DNA of 64,000 nt from contig NC_043005.1 of NCBI RefSeq assembly GCF_006345805.1, forward strand, positions 105,400,001-105,464,000. The letters are read 5' to 3'. Numbering within the stretch: the first letter of the stretch is position 1; each line of letters starts with the position of its first letter. Position numbers and translations under genes: made by a program. The DNA is from Octopus sinensis (taxonomy: Eukaryota). A model generated the notes under the pieces. It ran no database searches. It worked only from the letters and a program-made list of their open reading frames with translations, and had not been told where the DNA came from. Of this stretch, positions 12,204 to 25,643 are shown piece after piece.

Positions 12204-12563
12204 AACATATGGTACACATTCAGTCTGTTACTTACTGGTGAGAAATTTCATCCTTTATTGCTTAGGCTGTTCTTTGTTATTTTTGGGTTTTTTTCCCTAT
12301 ATTTCTTTTACCTTTTTATTGCTTTCTATGTTTTTTTTCTTTTTTCAAAACTTTTTGTTTTATAACTTCATTTTATTTGTTTCTTTCTTTTTAAAGACAA
12401 GTTGGTCTTGCTAAAAGGATTCAAGTTAAGTGCTTTGAAGAGGATGGAACAACAAAAACAGCAACATTAAAAATAAAAAAAAACTACTACAATATTCATA
12501 ATGATGATGATGATAATGATGATGCTGATAATAATAATGATGATGATGATGATGATGATGATG

Positions 12564-12605
<42 letters not shown>

Positions 12606-13226
12606 GAAATAATAATAACATAGATGATGGTAGTGATGATGATATAAACATACACATCCACGTTTCATGCACCCAAATACAAATACACATAAATATACTC
12701 AAAATTATTATAACACATAAGTATACACTGTGTGAGGATTCTCTACAGAAAAACACCCACACAAACACATTCAAAAACACACGGCACACACTGAAGTGGT
12801 GAATTTCAATATATGTACACAAGTATCTGTGCATATACATGCATTAAGAAGCACATGCATAATTCACATATAGATTCAAATACTCACACAGAAAGAAATA
12901 TAAACCTACATAAATATTCAAATACATGTATGTATATGCATAGAAACATGTTTACATGTGAACATAGAAAAGTGAGATTTCATATGCATTCAAACTTATT
13001 CAGTTACAAGATGTATGGCATACATATGCACACACATGTGTGCATTTATATATATATATATATCAATACATAGATATATATATGTATATATATATATATA
13101 TATACATATATACACACATATATATATATACATAAATATATATATGTGTGTGCCTATATATATATATAGAAGTATATAAATATATATGTAAATAAATGTA
13201 TGAATATGTATATGTAAATATATCTT

Positions 13227-13265
<39 letters not shown>

Positions 13266-13314
13266 AACATATTTACATGTACATATATACTCATATATAA
13301 ACATATATTTACAT

Positions 13315-13381
<67 letters not shown>

Positions 13382-13629
13382 CATATATATATATACATAT
13401 ATATGTATATTGAGATAGATAGATAGATAGATATAAAAAATATATGTGTATATGTGTGTATGCATTTATGTCAATGCAAATGTATATATTTAAATATATA
13501 TATAAAGATATACACTTAATCATATATATATATATATGTATCTATCTATCTATCTATACACACATACATGCATTTTTTTTCTAGTTTCAGCTCAGAGCTG
13601 CGGCCATGCTGATGCACCATCGTTATATG

Positions 13630-13703
<74 letters not shown>

Positions 13704-14510
13704 TGTGTATATATATATATAAGTATAGAGATATATGTATAAATATATTGATATATATGTATACATATATCAAGTGATTGACATATATATATATATAACA
13801 CATATGTGTTTTGCTTCTAAAAGAATGCATTTTATTCACTGCAGCAAGTATGTCCATATGTAGCAGATAGTATAGAGAATAGCTTTAACCATGTTCTGAC
13901 ATCAAAATGAATGATAAATAAATACAACATAAAACATTTGCAAAATTCCTTTTCAGGAATTCTATTCTTGGCTGCAATTTTATTCTGTAAATTCTACACA
14001 CCAGAAGAAAATAAAGGGCAATTTGCATTATATAGAATGTGCTGTATATTTATGTGATTGTGTGTATTTGTGCATGTGTTTCTATATATATAAATGCACA
14101 TGCACACACACACACACACACGCACACGCATATGTATATAAACATTCACATATAGAAATGTGCGAACCCAGAAACACAAGTGTGTATGTATGTGTATATG
14201 CAAACACTTCATCATCATCACCAGCATCTCAACCTCCAATTTTTAACTGCTTGCATTGGGTCAGACAAGCTTCATTGAGGGAGATTTTTTACGCTGATTT
14301 CCAATTGCCAACACACACCCGTGGAAGGGAATCTTTTCCTAATCTTGAGGTTCCTGCTCAAGACTGCAAATAAACATCATTCCTTTTATGATCACTTCTC
14401 TTATGGTGGTAAAATTTGCTTTATGATTAGCATGCAATATCAAGACAGGCATAGAAAAACACGCACACATATTATATATATATATATCTTTCACCTTTAA
14501 TTTTTTTTCT

Positions 14511-14858
14511 TTTACCTGTTTCAGTTTTTAGAACTGTTTGGGTTAGATCCTGAAAGGTCTTGTCAAACAAATCAACCCTAGTACTTATTTGTTGAAGTGT
14601 GAAACTTATTCTGTCAGTCACTTTTTACTGCACCTCTGGGTTACAGGGACATAAACAAACCAATACTATGGGGAGTGGGGGAGCAGAGAGAAATACAAAA
14701 ACAAAGACACACACACATTTATATATATATATACATCTGGCTCTTTTCCGTTTCTGTATACCAGATCCACTCACTTGCCCAAGGTGCCATGCAGTGGGAC
14801 TCGACACAGCACCATGGGGTTGGGAAGCAAACTTCTCACTAAACAGACATGTTTGTGC
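14511..14858 (-). mobile_element. Decayed tRNA-SINE family A
   Basis: Contains ttgcccaaggtgccatgcagtgggactcga (antisense of head and CCTTGGGCAAG segment) and a 3' segment; CpG-decayed. Confidence 0.75.
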
Positions 14859-14910
14859 ATATATAAATAAGATTTATATTTATGTGTGTGTGTGTGTGCA
14901 TGCATGTATA

Positions 14911-15363
14911 TCATCATCGTTTAACGTCTGTTTCCCGCGCTAGCATGGGTTGGACAGTTCAACCGGGGTCTGGGAAGCCAGGAGACTGCACCAGGCTCCA
15001 GTCTGATCTGGCAGTGTTTCTACAGCTGGATGCCCTTCCTAACACCAACCACTCTGCAAGTGTAGTGGGTGCTTTTTACATGCCACCGGCACAGGTGCCA
15101 GAGGGGTTTAGCAGCGGCCACGATCAGTTTATGCTTTTAACGTGCCACCGGCACGGAAGCCAGTCAAGGCGGCGCTGGCATCGGCCACTTTCGGATGGTG
15201 CTTTTTATGTGCCACCGACACAGAAGCCAGTCGAGGTGGTGCTGGCATCAGCCACGTTCGAACAGTACTTTTTATGTACCACTGGCACAGGTATCACAAC
15301 TACTATTTCCATTGATAATAGTAGTTGTGATACCTGTGCCGGTGGCACATAAAAAGCACCATC
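14911..15363 (-). mobile_element. RTE 3' UTR derivative plus an inverted 5' fragment
   Basis: Closely similar to 597-998; 15317-15363 is a plus-strand copy of the element start, forming a foldback. Confidence 0.85.
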
Positions 15364-15516
15364 ATATATATATATATACACCTTATTTTATTCTACCTGT
15401 TTCCGCTATATGGCTGCAATCATGTTGGAGCACCACTGTGAAAAAGCTTTTTGTCCAGTGTGCTGACCAGTGTACCAGCTAGCCCATTAGTATATATAGA
15501 TACCTTCTTCTATCCA

Positions 15517-15926
15517 CTTACTTGATTTGGTCCTATGACTGTGGTCATGCTGGAGCACTACCTTAAAGGACTTATTCTTTGCAAGCCTAGTACTTATTCT
15601 ATTGATGTCTTTTGCAGAACTGCTAAGTTATGGGGGCATAAATTCATCAACATCAGTTGTCAAGTAATGGTGGCAATCAAAAACAGACACACACACATAA
15701 CAATACATACATATACATATATATATGTACATATATATATATAATATATATATATATTATATATATATATATTATATATATATATATCTGACAGGCTTCT
15801 TTCAGTTTCAGTCTACCAAATGCACTCACAGGGCTTTGGTCAGTGGGATTGAACCTGGAACAATGTGGTTGGGAAGCCAGAACCATGTGGTTAGGAAGCA
15901 AGCTTCTTGCCACACGGCCATGCCTG
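15517..15926 (-). mobile_element. Decayed tRNA-SINE family A
   Basis: Antisense head (cttcttgccacacggccatgcctg), central (TA)n and 3' segment; partial head duplication at 15860-15900. Confidence 0.8.
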
Positions 15927-16169
15927 TTATATATATATAACTGAGGAGGGACACACAGACAAGCTCGATGAATGAGAAAGATATATCTTTAAAGAGAGAA
16001 ACTTCAACAGAGTACAAATGGCATAATAACGATGTAAGACATAATGTGAGAAAGAGAGATTCAACCTTACTAATTCACCTTTCACTTATTTTCTCTCTTT
16101 ACATTATATAATTACTCTTACATTTATCATCAAGCCAGATCTCTCTCTGTATAAAGCTGTTGATGATTT

Positions 16170-16310
16170 CTTTTGTCCTTTGAACTTTTCCCTTTCTCCT
16201 TTCTGATGAAGAGCTATGCTCAAAACCTCAAAAAGTCTCTCCTTTTACTGAGCATCAGAATAATACGTTCCTTGTGCATGTCCTCTTGGTGTCTGTTATT
16301 GCTAATTTTA
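16170..16310 (+). mobile_element. Penelope-like terminal repeat relic with hammerhead core
   Basis: CTGATGA (16203-16209), stem II gagc/gctc, then AAAAC where GAAAC is expected. Confidence 0.5.
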
Positions 16311-16697
16311 TAATTCATTTATTTGATACGACAATATATGTGTGTGTGTGTGTGTGTGAGTGGAGACACTATATATGAATAGAGCCCTTTACTCTTGCTT
16401 TGTTGAGGATATGGCATGATGAAATGCACCCAAAACTTTTCGTAAGGAGGTTGGTGTTAGGAAGGGCATCTAGCTGTATACAATATACATACAGGCAAGA
16501 TATACTTACACTTTACTACATCTTGGAAGTTAGTAATGATGAATAAGATCTGACTAGGATTATACCAACCTATCCAGCCAGTGGTAGCACTTAACCCTCC
16601 CTCCGAAATTTCGGTCTTGTGCCTATAGTAGAAGGAATTGTTGTTGTTATTGTTGTTGTTATTATTATTGTTATTGTTGTTGCTGTTATTATTATTA

Positions 16698-16740
<43 letters not shown>

Positions 16741-17060
16741 TTTATCATCATTATCATCGTTATCATCATCATGGCAATAAAGCCTATGTTACTGTCTTTC
16801 TGACACACATTTGAATAATTTAAATATAATATTTAAGTAAAACAGTTTATATTGTATTCAGATAAAACTTTTTATATTGTACTCAAATAAAATCTGTCAC
16901 TTTTGATAGATACTATGCTAGTATATCTATTTATATACAAAAACATTCATAATTTATTATCTCTAAAGGCAAGAATTAGAACACATTTAACTATATCTTT
17001 TCCTTTGTGTAAATATGTGTATATATGTAAAGTGTGTGTGGGTGTGGATATTGTACATAT

Positions 17061-17103
<43 letters not shown>

Positions 17104-17488
17104 GGTTGGGCACATAACTAGGTGTATGCAATCTCCAGAAAGAATTTTCATATTCTTCTGAATTTTCCTAAAAGATATGCTGTAATTTTCTTCCATTGTC
17201 CTCAAAATGTAAATTCTTTTAAATTATCATCCAAAGTTATTTCCTTTCAATCACCATTGAAAAAGTTGATATGTATATATATATTCTATATGCCAATTTT
17301 TGCATGGTTTTGTTTATGAACACTTACTTTTAATTGTTTCTGTTATATGATAGCATGTGTGTGAGTGTGTGTGTGTGTGTGTGCACGCGCACATGTGTAT
17401 TTGCGTGTTTATGAACGTAGATTCATTATATAGAAATTATATGGTAAATATGCTACTGCCATAACAATACACTATATGTATATATATA

Positions 17489-17529
<41 letters not shown>

Positions 17530-17752
17530 TGTATTTTTACTTATATTTTTAGCGTGCAGGTACTCATGTAGTACCTGATATAAATATATATATATATATA
17601 AGCACATGTCTTATATATATGTATAGTTTTTAATTTGCCTGTACCGCGGGTATTCATTTGCCACTAGTGATAGTATTTTGATATACAATCACTCTCATAT
17701 TTACTTATATATATATATAGATATATATATATATATACATACATGCATATAT

Positions 17753-17998
17753 ATCATTATTCAATGTCGCTTTTACATGCTGGCATGGGTTGGATTGTTT
17801 GATAGGAGTTGGTAAAGAGTCGGTAGATGCACCAGGCTCTATTGTCTGTTTTGGCATGGTTTCTACAAATGGATGCTGCCTTTCCTAATGCCAGTCACTT
17901 TAGAGAGTGTACAGGGTGCATTTAATGTGGCACCAGTACTAGTGCTTTTTACATGGCACCAGCACTGACAGGGTCACCAAGTAACTTGCAAAACAAAA
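17753..17998 (-). mobile_element. Old RTE-LINE 3' UTR and tail
   Basis: catgctggcatgggttgga and ggatgc-ctttcctaatgcca segments shared with the other RTE tails. Confidence 0.7.
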
Positions 17999-18197
17999 GC
18001 ATTGTTTTATAGAGAGAGACAAGTTGAGAGAGAATAAAAGAAAGATACAGGAAGAATGAAGAAAAAAAGTGGAAGTCCATGGGAGAACATTGAAATTGGC
18101 AATCAGTGGTAGGGGAGGGTACAGGCGTTAAAAAGTACATGGTCGATGGATGCCAAAGACATGACACACATGTACAAACATATGTGTCAATATATAT

Positions 18198-18591
18198 TTA
18201 CTCTTTACTGTTTTACTTGTTTCAGTCTTTTGACTGTGGCCATTCTGGAGCACCGCCTTTAATCGAGCAACTCGACCCCGGGACTTATTCTTTTGTAAGC
18301 CCAGTACTTATTCTATCGGTCTCTTTTGCTGAACCGCTAAGTAACGGGGACATAAACACACCAGCATCGGTTGTCAAGCGATGCTAGGGGGACAAACACA
18401 GACACACAAACATACACACGCATATATATATATATATACATATATACGACAGGCTTCTTTCAGTTTCCGTCTACCAAATCCACTCACAAGGCTTTGGTCG
18501 GCCCGAGGCTATAGTAGAAGACACTTACCCAAGGGCCACGCAGTGGGATTGAACCCAGAACCATGTGGTTGGTAAACAAGCTACTTACCAC
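18198..18591 (-). mobile_element. Young tRNA-SINE family A
   Basis: Near reverse complement of 18711-19119; CpGs intact. Confidence 0.9.
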
Positions 18592-18607
18592 TTATGTGTA
18601 TATCTAT

Positions 18608-18647
<40 letters not shown>

Positions 18648-18652
18648 CTCTA

Positions 18653-18710
<58 letters not shown>

Positions 18711-18712
<2 letters not shown>

Positions 18713-19119
18713 CGCAGGAGTGGCTGTGTGGTAAGTAGCTTGCTAACCACCACATGGTTCTGGGTTCAGTCCCACTGCGTGGCACCTTGGGCAAGTGTCT
18801 TCTGATATAGCCCCGGGCCGACCAATGCCTTGTGAGTGGATTTGGTAGACGGAAACTGAAAGAAGCCTGTCGTATATATGTATATATATGTGTATATATA
18901 TGTGTATATATATGTGTATGTATGTATTGTTTGTCCCCCTAGCATTGCTTGACAAACGATGCTGGTGTGTTTACGTCCCCGTCACTTAGCGGTTTGGCAA
19001 TAGAGACCGATAGAATAAGTACTGGGCTTACAAAGAATAAGTCCCGGGGTCGATTTGCTCGACTAAAGGCGGTGCTCCAGCATGGCCGCAGCCAAATGAC
19101 TGAAACAAATAAAAGAGTA
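18711..19119 (+). mobile_element. Full-length tRNA-SINE family A
   Basis: A box TGGCTGTGTGG (18721-18731), B box GGTTCAGTCCC (18763-18773), CCTTGGGCAAG segment, central (TA/TG)n and aaaagagta tail; flanked by (TA)n. Confidence 0.9.
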
Positions 19120-19299
19120 TATATATAAAACCTGGTATAGAACTTCATGTTTGAGACTCTGATGAAGCTGTAAGGTGTTACCCAAACACTCAACTATGCG
19201 TCCACTGGATCTTATAGTGGAAACAGCTACTGAAGTTCATACTGAAGTCGATAAGAGTCTATGAATGTGTGTGCATGTATTTCTGCCTTTCCATTTAAT

Positions 19300-19440
19300 A
19301 ATGGGTTCAGATTTTGGCACAAGGTCACCATGTTCAGAGGAAAGGGCAAGCTGATTACATCGACCTTGGTGTTCAACTGGTCCTTATTTTATCGACGTCA
19401 GCCTTGGCAGAATTTGATCTCAGAACATAAACTGATGTAA
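19300..19440 (-). mobile_element. Decayed SINE related to family B
   Basis: gattacatcgacc...cttattttatcgac...gcagaatttga-ctcagaac is antisense to the family B core. Confidence 0.6.
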
Positions 19441-20091
19441 ATGTTGGTTGGTTGACTGATTTCTTCTGTCACACTTTATGATATATAGAGGGAGGGAAAA
19501 CGAGTAAAAAAGATAGTGAGAGAGATAGACAGGGAGATGTAGGATGAGTGAATGTACTTGGCTTTGTGGCAGGCAATAAGTGAAGTAACACTATACACAC
19601 ACATGCACAGTGAAAAAGAAAGAATTAATGAGACAGGGGAGGAGGTGGACAATGTCAATGAGGAATTAAAATGACAGAGGTGCTGGCTGTAGCAGAAAAA
19701 GACTCGGCAATAATTTATACATTATGCTTTACAAGTAAGCTGTTCATTATCAGAGGAAATTTTTTGATTAAATCATTAGAATGTTAGGTAACTTAAGAAT
19801 TTAAAGCAAGCTCTTCCGAAGGAAGGAATATATCACTACAACTTCTACAATGAATTCAAAACACATTTGCTTCCATGGTTTATCTCAGGAAATATGGCAT
19901 AAATGGTAAAAATTAAAATTCAACTTTTATCAAATTACACCTGGTGGCAATAGTATACTTCCAGAGATATCTGTCATATGATGGGCAACACTTTAGCATG
20001 CGTGTGTACATATACACATGCAAGTGAGTGAACAAGTGAAAGAAAGTAGCACTCAACACATTTGGTAGGAGTATTATTTAATAACAATTTT

Positions 20092-20231
20092 ACTTGGCTC
20101 CATGCAACTTAAAGCTTCGTAAGCTCATAGAAAGAAACCTGGTGACAGGCATCTGAAGATGAAGTTCAAATGCCTGCGAAGCTGAGTTCATTCTATGAGC
20201 CTAGGAAACTTTAAGTTGTATGGAGCTAAGT
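20092..20231. repeat. Long foldback inverted repeat (MITE-like hairpin)
   Basis: Arms 20092-20132 and 20191-20231 match at 36/41; inner stem 20146-20157 / 20165-20176. Confidence 0.8.
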
Positions 20232-20484
20232 CAAACTATTATTAAATCACACACACACACATTATATACATACATACATACATACATATATATATTTATA
20301 TATATATATATATATATATATAAGACCCATGCCAGCATGGAAGACATCTGTTTAATGATGATGATGATAATGATGACGTATATACAAATATATATGTATG
20401 CATATATAAATATATATATATGAAATATACAAATATATGTGGTGGTGTCTGTATGTGTATGTGTATATGCAATATACATATACA

Positions 20485-20584
20485 NNNNNNNNNNNNNNNN
20501 NNNNNNNNNNNNNNNNNNNNNNNNNNNNNNNNNNNNNNNNNNNNNNNNNNNNNNNNNNNNNNNNNNNNNNNNNNNNNNNNNNNN
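20485..20584. other. Assembly gap (100 N)
   Basis: Run of exactly 100 N, probably a placeholder of unknown true size. Confidence 0.99.
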
Positions 20585-20900
20585 GGAGGTGGGAAGGAGA
20601 GAGGTGGCTTATATTGGTGGACACAGAAAGAGCTTCTGGGCAGTACACAAGAAACGCATATATAATCCACACTTTCATATTCACGTGTGGTGTGTGTGTG
20701 TGTGTGTGTGTGAATGTGTGTGAATGTGTGTGTATCCTAGTGCACGCACACACAGTGTTATGTATGTGTATATGGATGGATGGATGATGTCTGCCAGTGT
20801 CTCAGCATGGCCACCACCATGTGGGTGAAAGTTAAACAAATACATTAGAGCACACACACACACACACACACCACAAATTTTGATATATTTTATTGTGTTG

Positions 20901-20943
<43 letters not shown>

Positions 20944-21228
20944 TGTGTGTATAATTTCGAGAATAAGTATGTAGCACCAAAGTAAAGCAACATCACAACA
21001 TCCAAGCATCCATGCAGGAAGACCTGACCAGCCCTCTCTATCGATCGACCGTTAGCCCGAACTCCTCCACCCGAACCACACTCCCCTTTAAAAGTCTATG
21101 AGTCACGGACTATGGAGTTTCAGGGAGGAAGAAGGAAAAAAAATGAAATGAAAAAGAGAGAGAGAAAAAAAAAGGAAAAAAAAAAGATAAAAATAAAATG
21201 GAAGAAACAAAACCAACAGAAAGAAAGT

Positions 21229-21583
21229 GATAGATAGATAGATAGATGGATAGATGGATGGATACATAGATAGATAAACTGACAGTTAGATAGATAGATC
21301 TATAAACTGACAGTTAGATAGATAGATAGATAGATAGATAGGTAGATAGATAGACCGCCAGACAGATAGATAGATAGATATACATACAATCAGATGATAG
21401 ATAGATAGTAAATAGATAGATAGATAGATAGATAGATATAATAGATAGATAGATAGATAGAAGTATAGAAGATAGATAGATAGATGATAGATAGATAATG
21501 GACGATAAGAGAGATAGATAGATAGATAGATCGATAGATAGACTGACAGATATATAGATAGATAGATAGATAGATAGATGGAC

Positions 21584-21615
<32 letters not shown>

Positions 21616-21669
21616 GGACTGACAGACAGACAGACTGATAGACTGACAGATAGATAGATAGATAGATAA
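21229..21669. repeat. (GATA/GACA)n microsatellite
   Basis: Direct inspection. Confidence 0.95.
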
Positions 21670-21755
21670 ATATTGAGTGTATGTATGTGTGTGTGTGTTA
21701 ACTCTGTGTGATGGCGGGAAAGAAAGTTAATAAACAGACAGCTACATCAATCGAT

Positions 21756-21790
<35 letters not shown>

Positions 21791-21990
21791 GTGGTGGTGG
21801 TAGCGGCTGTATTGAGGCTGACAATTAATCTCTCTATCGGAAGAGGGGTTGGGGGTGGGGGAGGCTCGGTGATAGTGTTTCTCACTGCAGCTTCTTTCGG
21901 TTCTTCAACCCAAACCCGTACTTCACCCCTAAATTCTTGTAAGCACCCCCTCACTCTCAGATAGACATTGACATACACAAACCCAGACAT

Positions 21991-22021
<31 letters not shown>

Positions 22022-22564
22022 ACACAAAACACACAAAAGAAGGAAAAATATGCGATGAGTTGGTGAATAAAAATCCGAAATTCTTGTGGTAACAATGATT
22101 GACAATGTGTACATACATACACACACACATACACACATCAGTACACATACATACGCATACATGCATACATACATATATACATATATGTATATATATATAT
22201 GTGTGTGTGTGTGTGTCTGTGTGTGTTTTTTTTGTATATGTCATAATACGCACGCATACATACGATCTGGAGTTGCGGAATACAGTTGTATTCCATGTTT
22301 GAAAATTGATTTTTAGGGGGATTTGATACCTACGTAGATATGTACATAAATGTACACACACACACACGCACACACACATACACACACACAGACATACACA
22401 CACCCACACCACACACACACACACACACATATATATCTGTGTATGTGCGCTTCTGAGTATACCTAAAAAAATGCTATACACATTTTTCGCATGTGATTGT
22501 ACATAAATATAAGCACATACAACAGAAACCTATAAATATTCATATACACATACATCCACTACCA

Positions 22565-22616
<52 letters not shown>

Positions 22617-24559
22617 ACACACACATACACACGCACGCACACATTCAGTGTTGAATTGCCAAAATTGTAAGAACCGGTTCGCTGATGTATCCCTACCACA
22701 TATTTCAAGCATGCTTTCTGCATAAATAATTCTTATTCGGTTCTAATGCATCACTTGATTAATATAGTATTAAAACCGGAGAAAACAAGAGTCGATAATT
22801 GTCTGTGCCGGCAAAATTTAACCCAATAGAAGAATGTTAGAAGAATGGTAAATTTTACTTAGCATAATAACTGTAAACTAACGTTTCGTGGATCTGATCT
22901 TCATCAATATGTGAGATAGAAGTAAAACGGAAGTTGAAGGAGCAATTTCTTTAGCGAGGTGGTAATCGCCTAACAAGAAAGTTGACATAAATGGGTGAAA
23001 AAGGAGGTGAGTTGATCCAGGAGCGAGGTAAACAATTTGTACAAGAAATTAGATATATACCTGATACAGGTAAAAAAAAAAACAAACAAACTATACACTC
23101 GGCATATTTAAGTATCGCTAAGAAGAAGAAAATTGGACGGCAGAGATAAACAATTCAGGACTACAAATTTAGCTGCAGTTACGATGAAAGGTTGTAATAT
23201 CAAAGATAAAGCAAAGGGGACCGGCTTTGCAGGAAGAGTAAAGCGGTTGAAGGTGGTAGTGGGAACATAAAATACAAACATACAATTACGTAATACAGTC
23301 TTACATATGCACATTTATTCATATGCACACACAAACATACAACTCTTATATCAGTTCTTTAACTCATCGCAGCTAAAGGAAAAAAAGAATTCTAACCTTG
23401 AGAACTTGATATAAAAGAAAGGAAATTATGTGAAGCAAACCAATAAAAATTTGTTTCAAAATATTAAATTAGCAAGAATATTTCTACGATGCACATGAGT
23501 AAGTATAAGGACATTTTCTGTTAGGCTGCAGCTGTGGAAATTTCAAAGTTTATTGAAAATTAAAAAATTTGGTGTATTAATGTAGCTTTTCAAGGTGAAT
23601 CTCAGGAGATATTTAGCTTATTTCAGAATTAAAAAAGAAAGGAAAATCAAGATATAGAAGTTTAAAGTTTGCTCGTGATTACACTCGGATTACACAGTCA
23701 AAAAGCAGGATTTGGAAGCTTCCATTTTGTGTGTGACGTGTATTAATATGAAACTGTAAATAAATCAACTTCTGCCTTACGTACGACATATAATCCCTCA
23801 TAACTTTTTTATCTTTTGGAATTTTCAGAAAATTTTTGCGAATTCGTATTCTAAACTTGGGAATTCATATTATTACACAGAAACCCCAAATAATAAATTT
23901 GGGGGTACGTGATTTAAGGCCTATTTGGTTGTTATTTTTAGCTCATCTCTTGACCAGGGTTCAAGCAGCAGATGAGTACAAGCAACAGAACACAGCGTTG
24001 ATGCACATGCTTTCGCGTAGAATACATTTGTCAACACGTGCTATTTCGCAAACTAAAGAGTTTTCGTGTTTGGTTTGTTACTATACATACAGGCATGAAT
24101 ATGTCCGTGACTTACGATTGGCTGAAATTACCCAAAGTTTGCAAGCTTTTAAAGCTAATAACTCTTTATTCATTGATTTATGTCGAAAATGAATTTCATG
24201 GCATTGATTAGCATATGAAACTATATCATTACACTGAATATGAAATCAATTCGAACAGAAACTGAAGAGATTGAATATTGGTCGTCAAACAGAAAAGATC
24301 CGAGTGTAATCATATGACACTGCGACAGGATAAATAATTTTTCCCCAAAAATTCTTCTACTGCGTCCAGCATAAAGGTAACAGACAGAGACGTAGCCGGG
24401 TTCTAAAGTTAAGAGGAGCGGATAAGGCACCGGGACACATAACGGAAAAGGCACCGGGACACATACCAAACCATTTTAAAGTCATTTCTCTTATATTACG
24501 CGAAATATTTCATTGGTTTCAATATATGTAATCCTATTCTACATTCATTAATTTCATGT

Positions 24560-25370
24560 TTCAGCAATAGTATCATTGAAACTCCACGGGATCGTCCAGT
24601 GTCGAAAGATTATGAGGTCAGGGTTTGTTTTGATTATTTGGAGGTCAACAACCACTGACACATCACAGGAGATTGAGCAGACAATTGAAAAACACCGGAG
24701 GTTGGTCAGCTAAAAGTAATGACTCTAGAAAGTTCTTCCAAGGCCAAGCGATCTTCAGAATGTGAGATACTCCCTTTTGCAGATCTTCAAGCCAGACTCA
24801 ATGAAGTGTGGATCCATGACACTTACACACGCGCCACGGCTCCAAATACCATCACAGAGGCAAGATTCTTAGTTTCAAACACAGTGGGTACGTCAGAAGT
24901 ATTGATATGCAATCGCACGAGAATTTCTGCGATTTACCTCAGCGTCCACAAGGAACTTCTCGTCCATAATACGAGAGTTTTTTCTGCACCTTGATGTTTG
25001 ATGAATGACAGAAGCGTCGGCCTTGACTGTTAGGAGATGACGGCGTCCTCGAACATAGCTAGTCATGCCAAGGTTCCTGTTTACATCTCTGGATACCGTG
25101 GAAAGGGACACATTGCGTTTCATTGCAAGAGTTGTCATGGATGTGGATTGGTTGGCTTCAATCGAACGTTTGAGGCCAGCGAGAAACTTTGGATTCCACT
25201 TGGAATCACTTCGAGTCTTGTGTTCTTTTCTATCAATCTTTTCTTGTATAAATTGTTTATACACAGGACAAACTGTTGCTTTTTGGAAGTTTCGTGTACT
25301 TAGCAACTTTATTGGCAGTGTGCCCGTCGCGCGCCATAATCACAATGGCGGAACGATTCTGCTGTTCCAT
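24560..25370 (-). mobile_element. Tc1/mariner superfamily transposase pseudogene, maT/DD37D-like
   Basis: ATG at 25370: MEQQNRSAIVIMARDGH..., frameshift, then SMTTLAMKRNVSLSTVSRDV (HTH), DEKFLVDAEVNRRNSR, TKNLASVMVFGAV and VMDPHFIESGLKI. Confidence 0.85.
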
Positions 25371-25575
25371 GACTTTCTATAGCCGAATCAGTTCGCTATT
25401 TGCCTGAAAATAAAGAGGAAGATTAGATTTTCAAGCAAGCAAGGTTTTGTCAAAAAACGAAATGTTAAACACATTGAGTCACTGCTTAAAATTGGTCTCA
25501 ATTTATCTGCAAGACTGTTTGTGTGTGTGTGTGTGTGTGTGCGTGTGTGTGTATGTGTGTGCGTGTGTGTGTGTA

Positions 25576-25607
<32 letters not shown>

Positions 25608-25643
25608 TGTGTGTGTGTGTGTATTGTTTTTTCTTTTTTATCG

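Noticed and set aside
11972-12217. Minus ORF with poly-Asn (81 aa)
   Set aside because: The Asn run comes from a TTA/TTG repeat that fits better as the intron end before the plus-strand acceptor at 12133; no minus donor was found.
18711-18785. tRNA gene
   Set aside because: A and B boxes are present but there is no full cloverleaf, and it is the head of a multicopy SINE.
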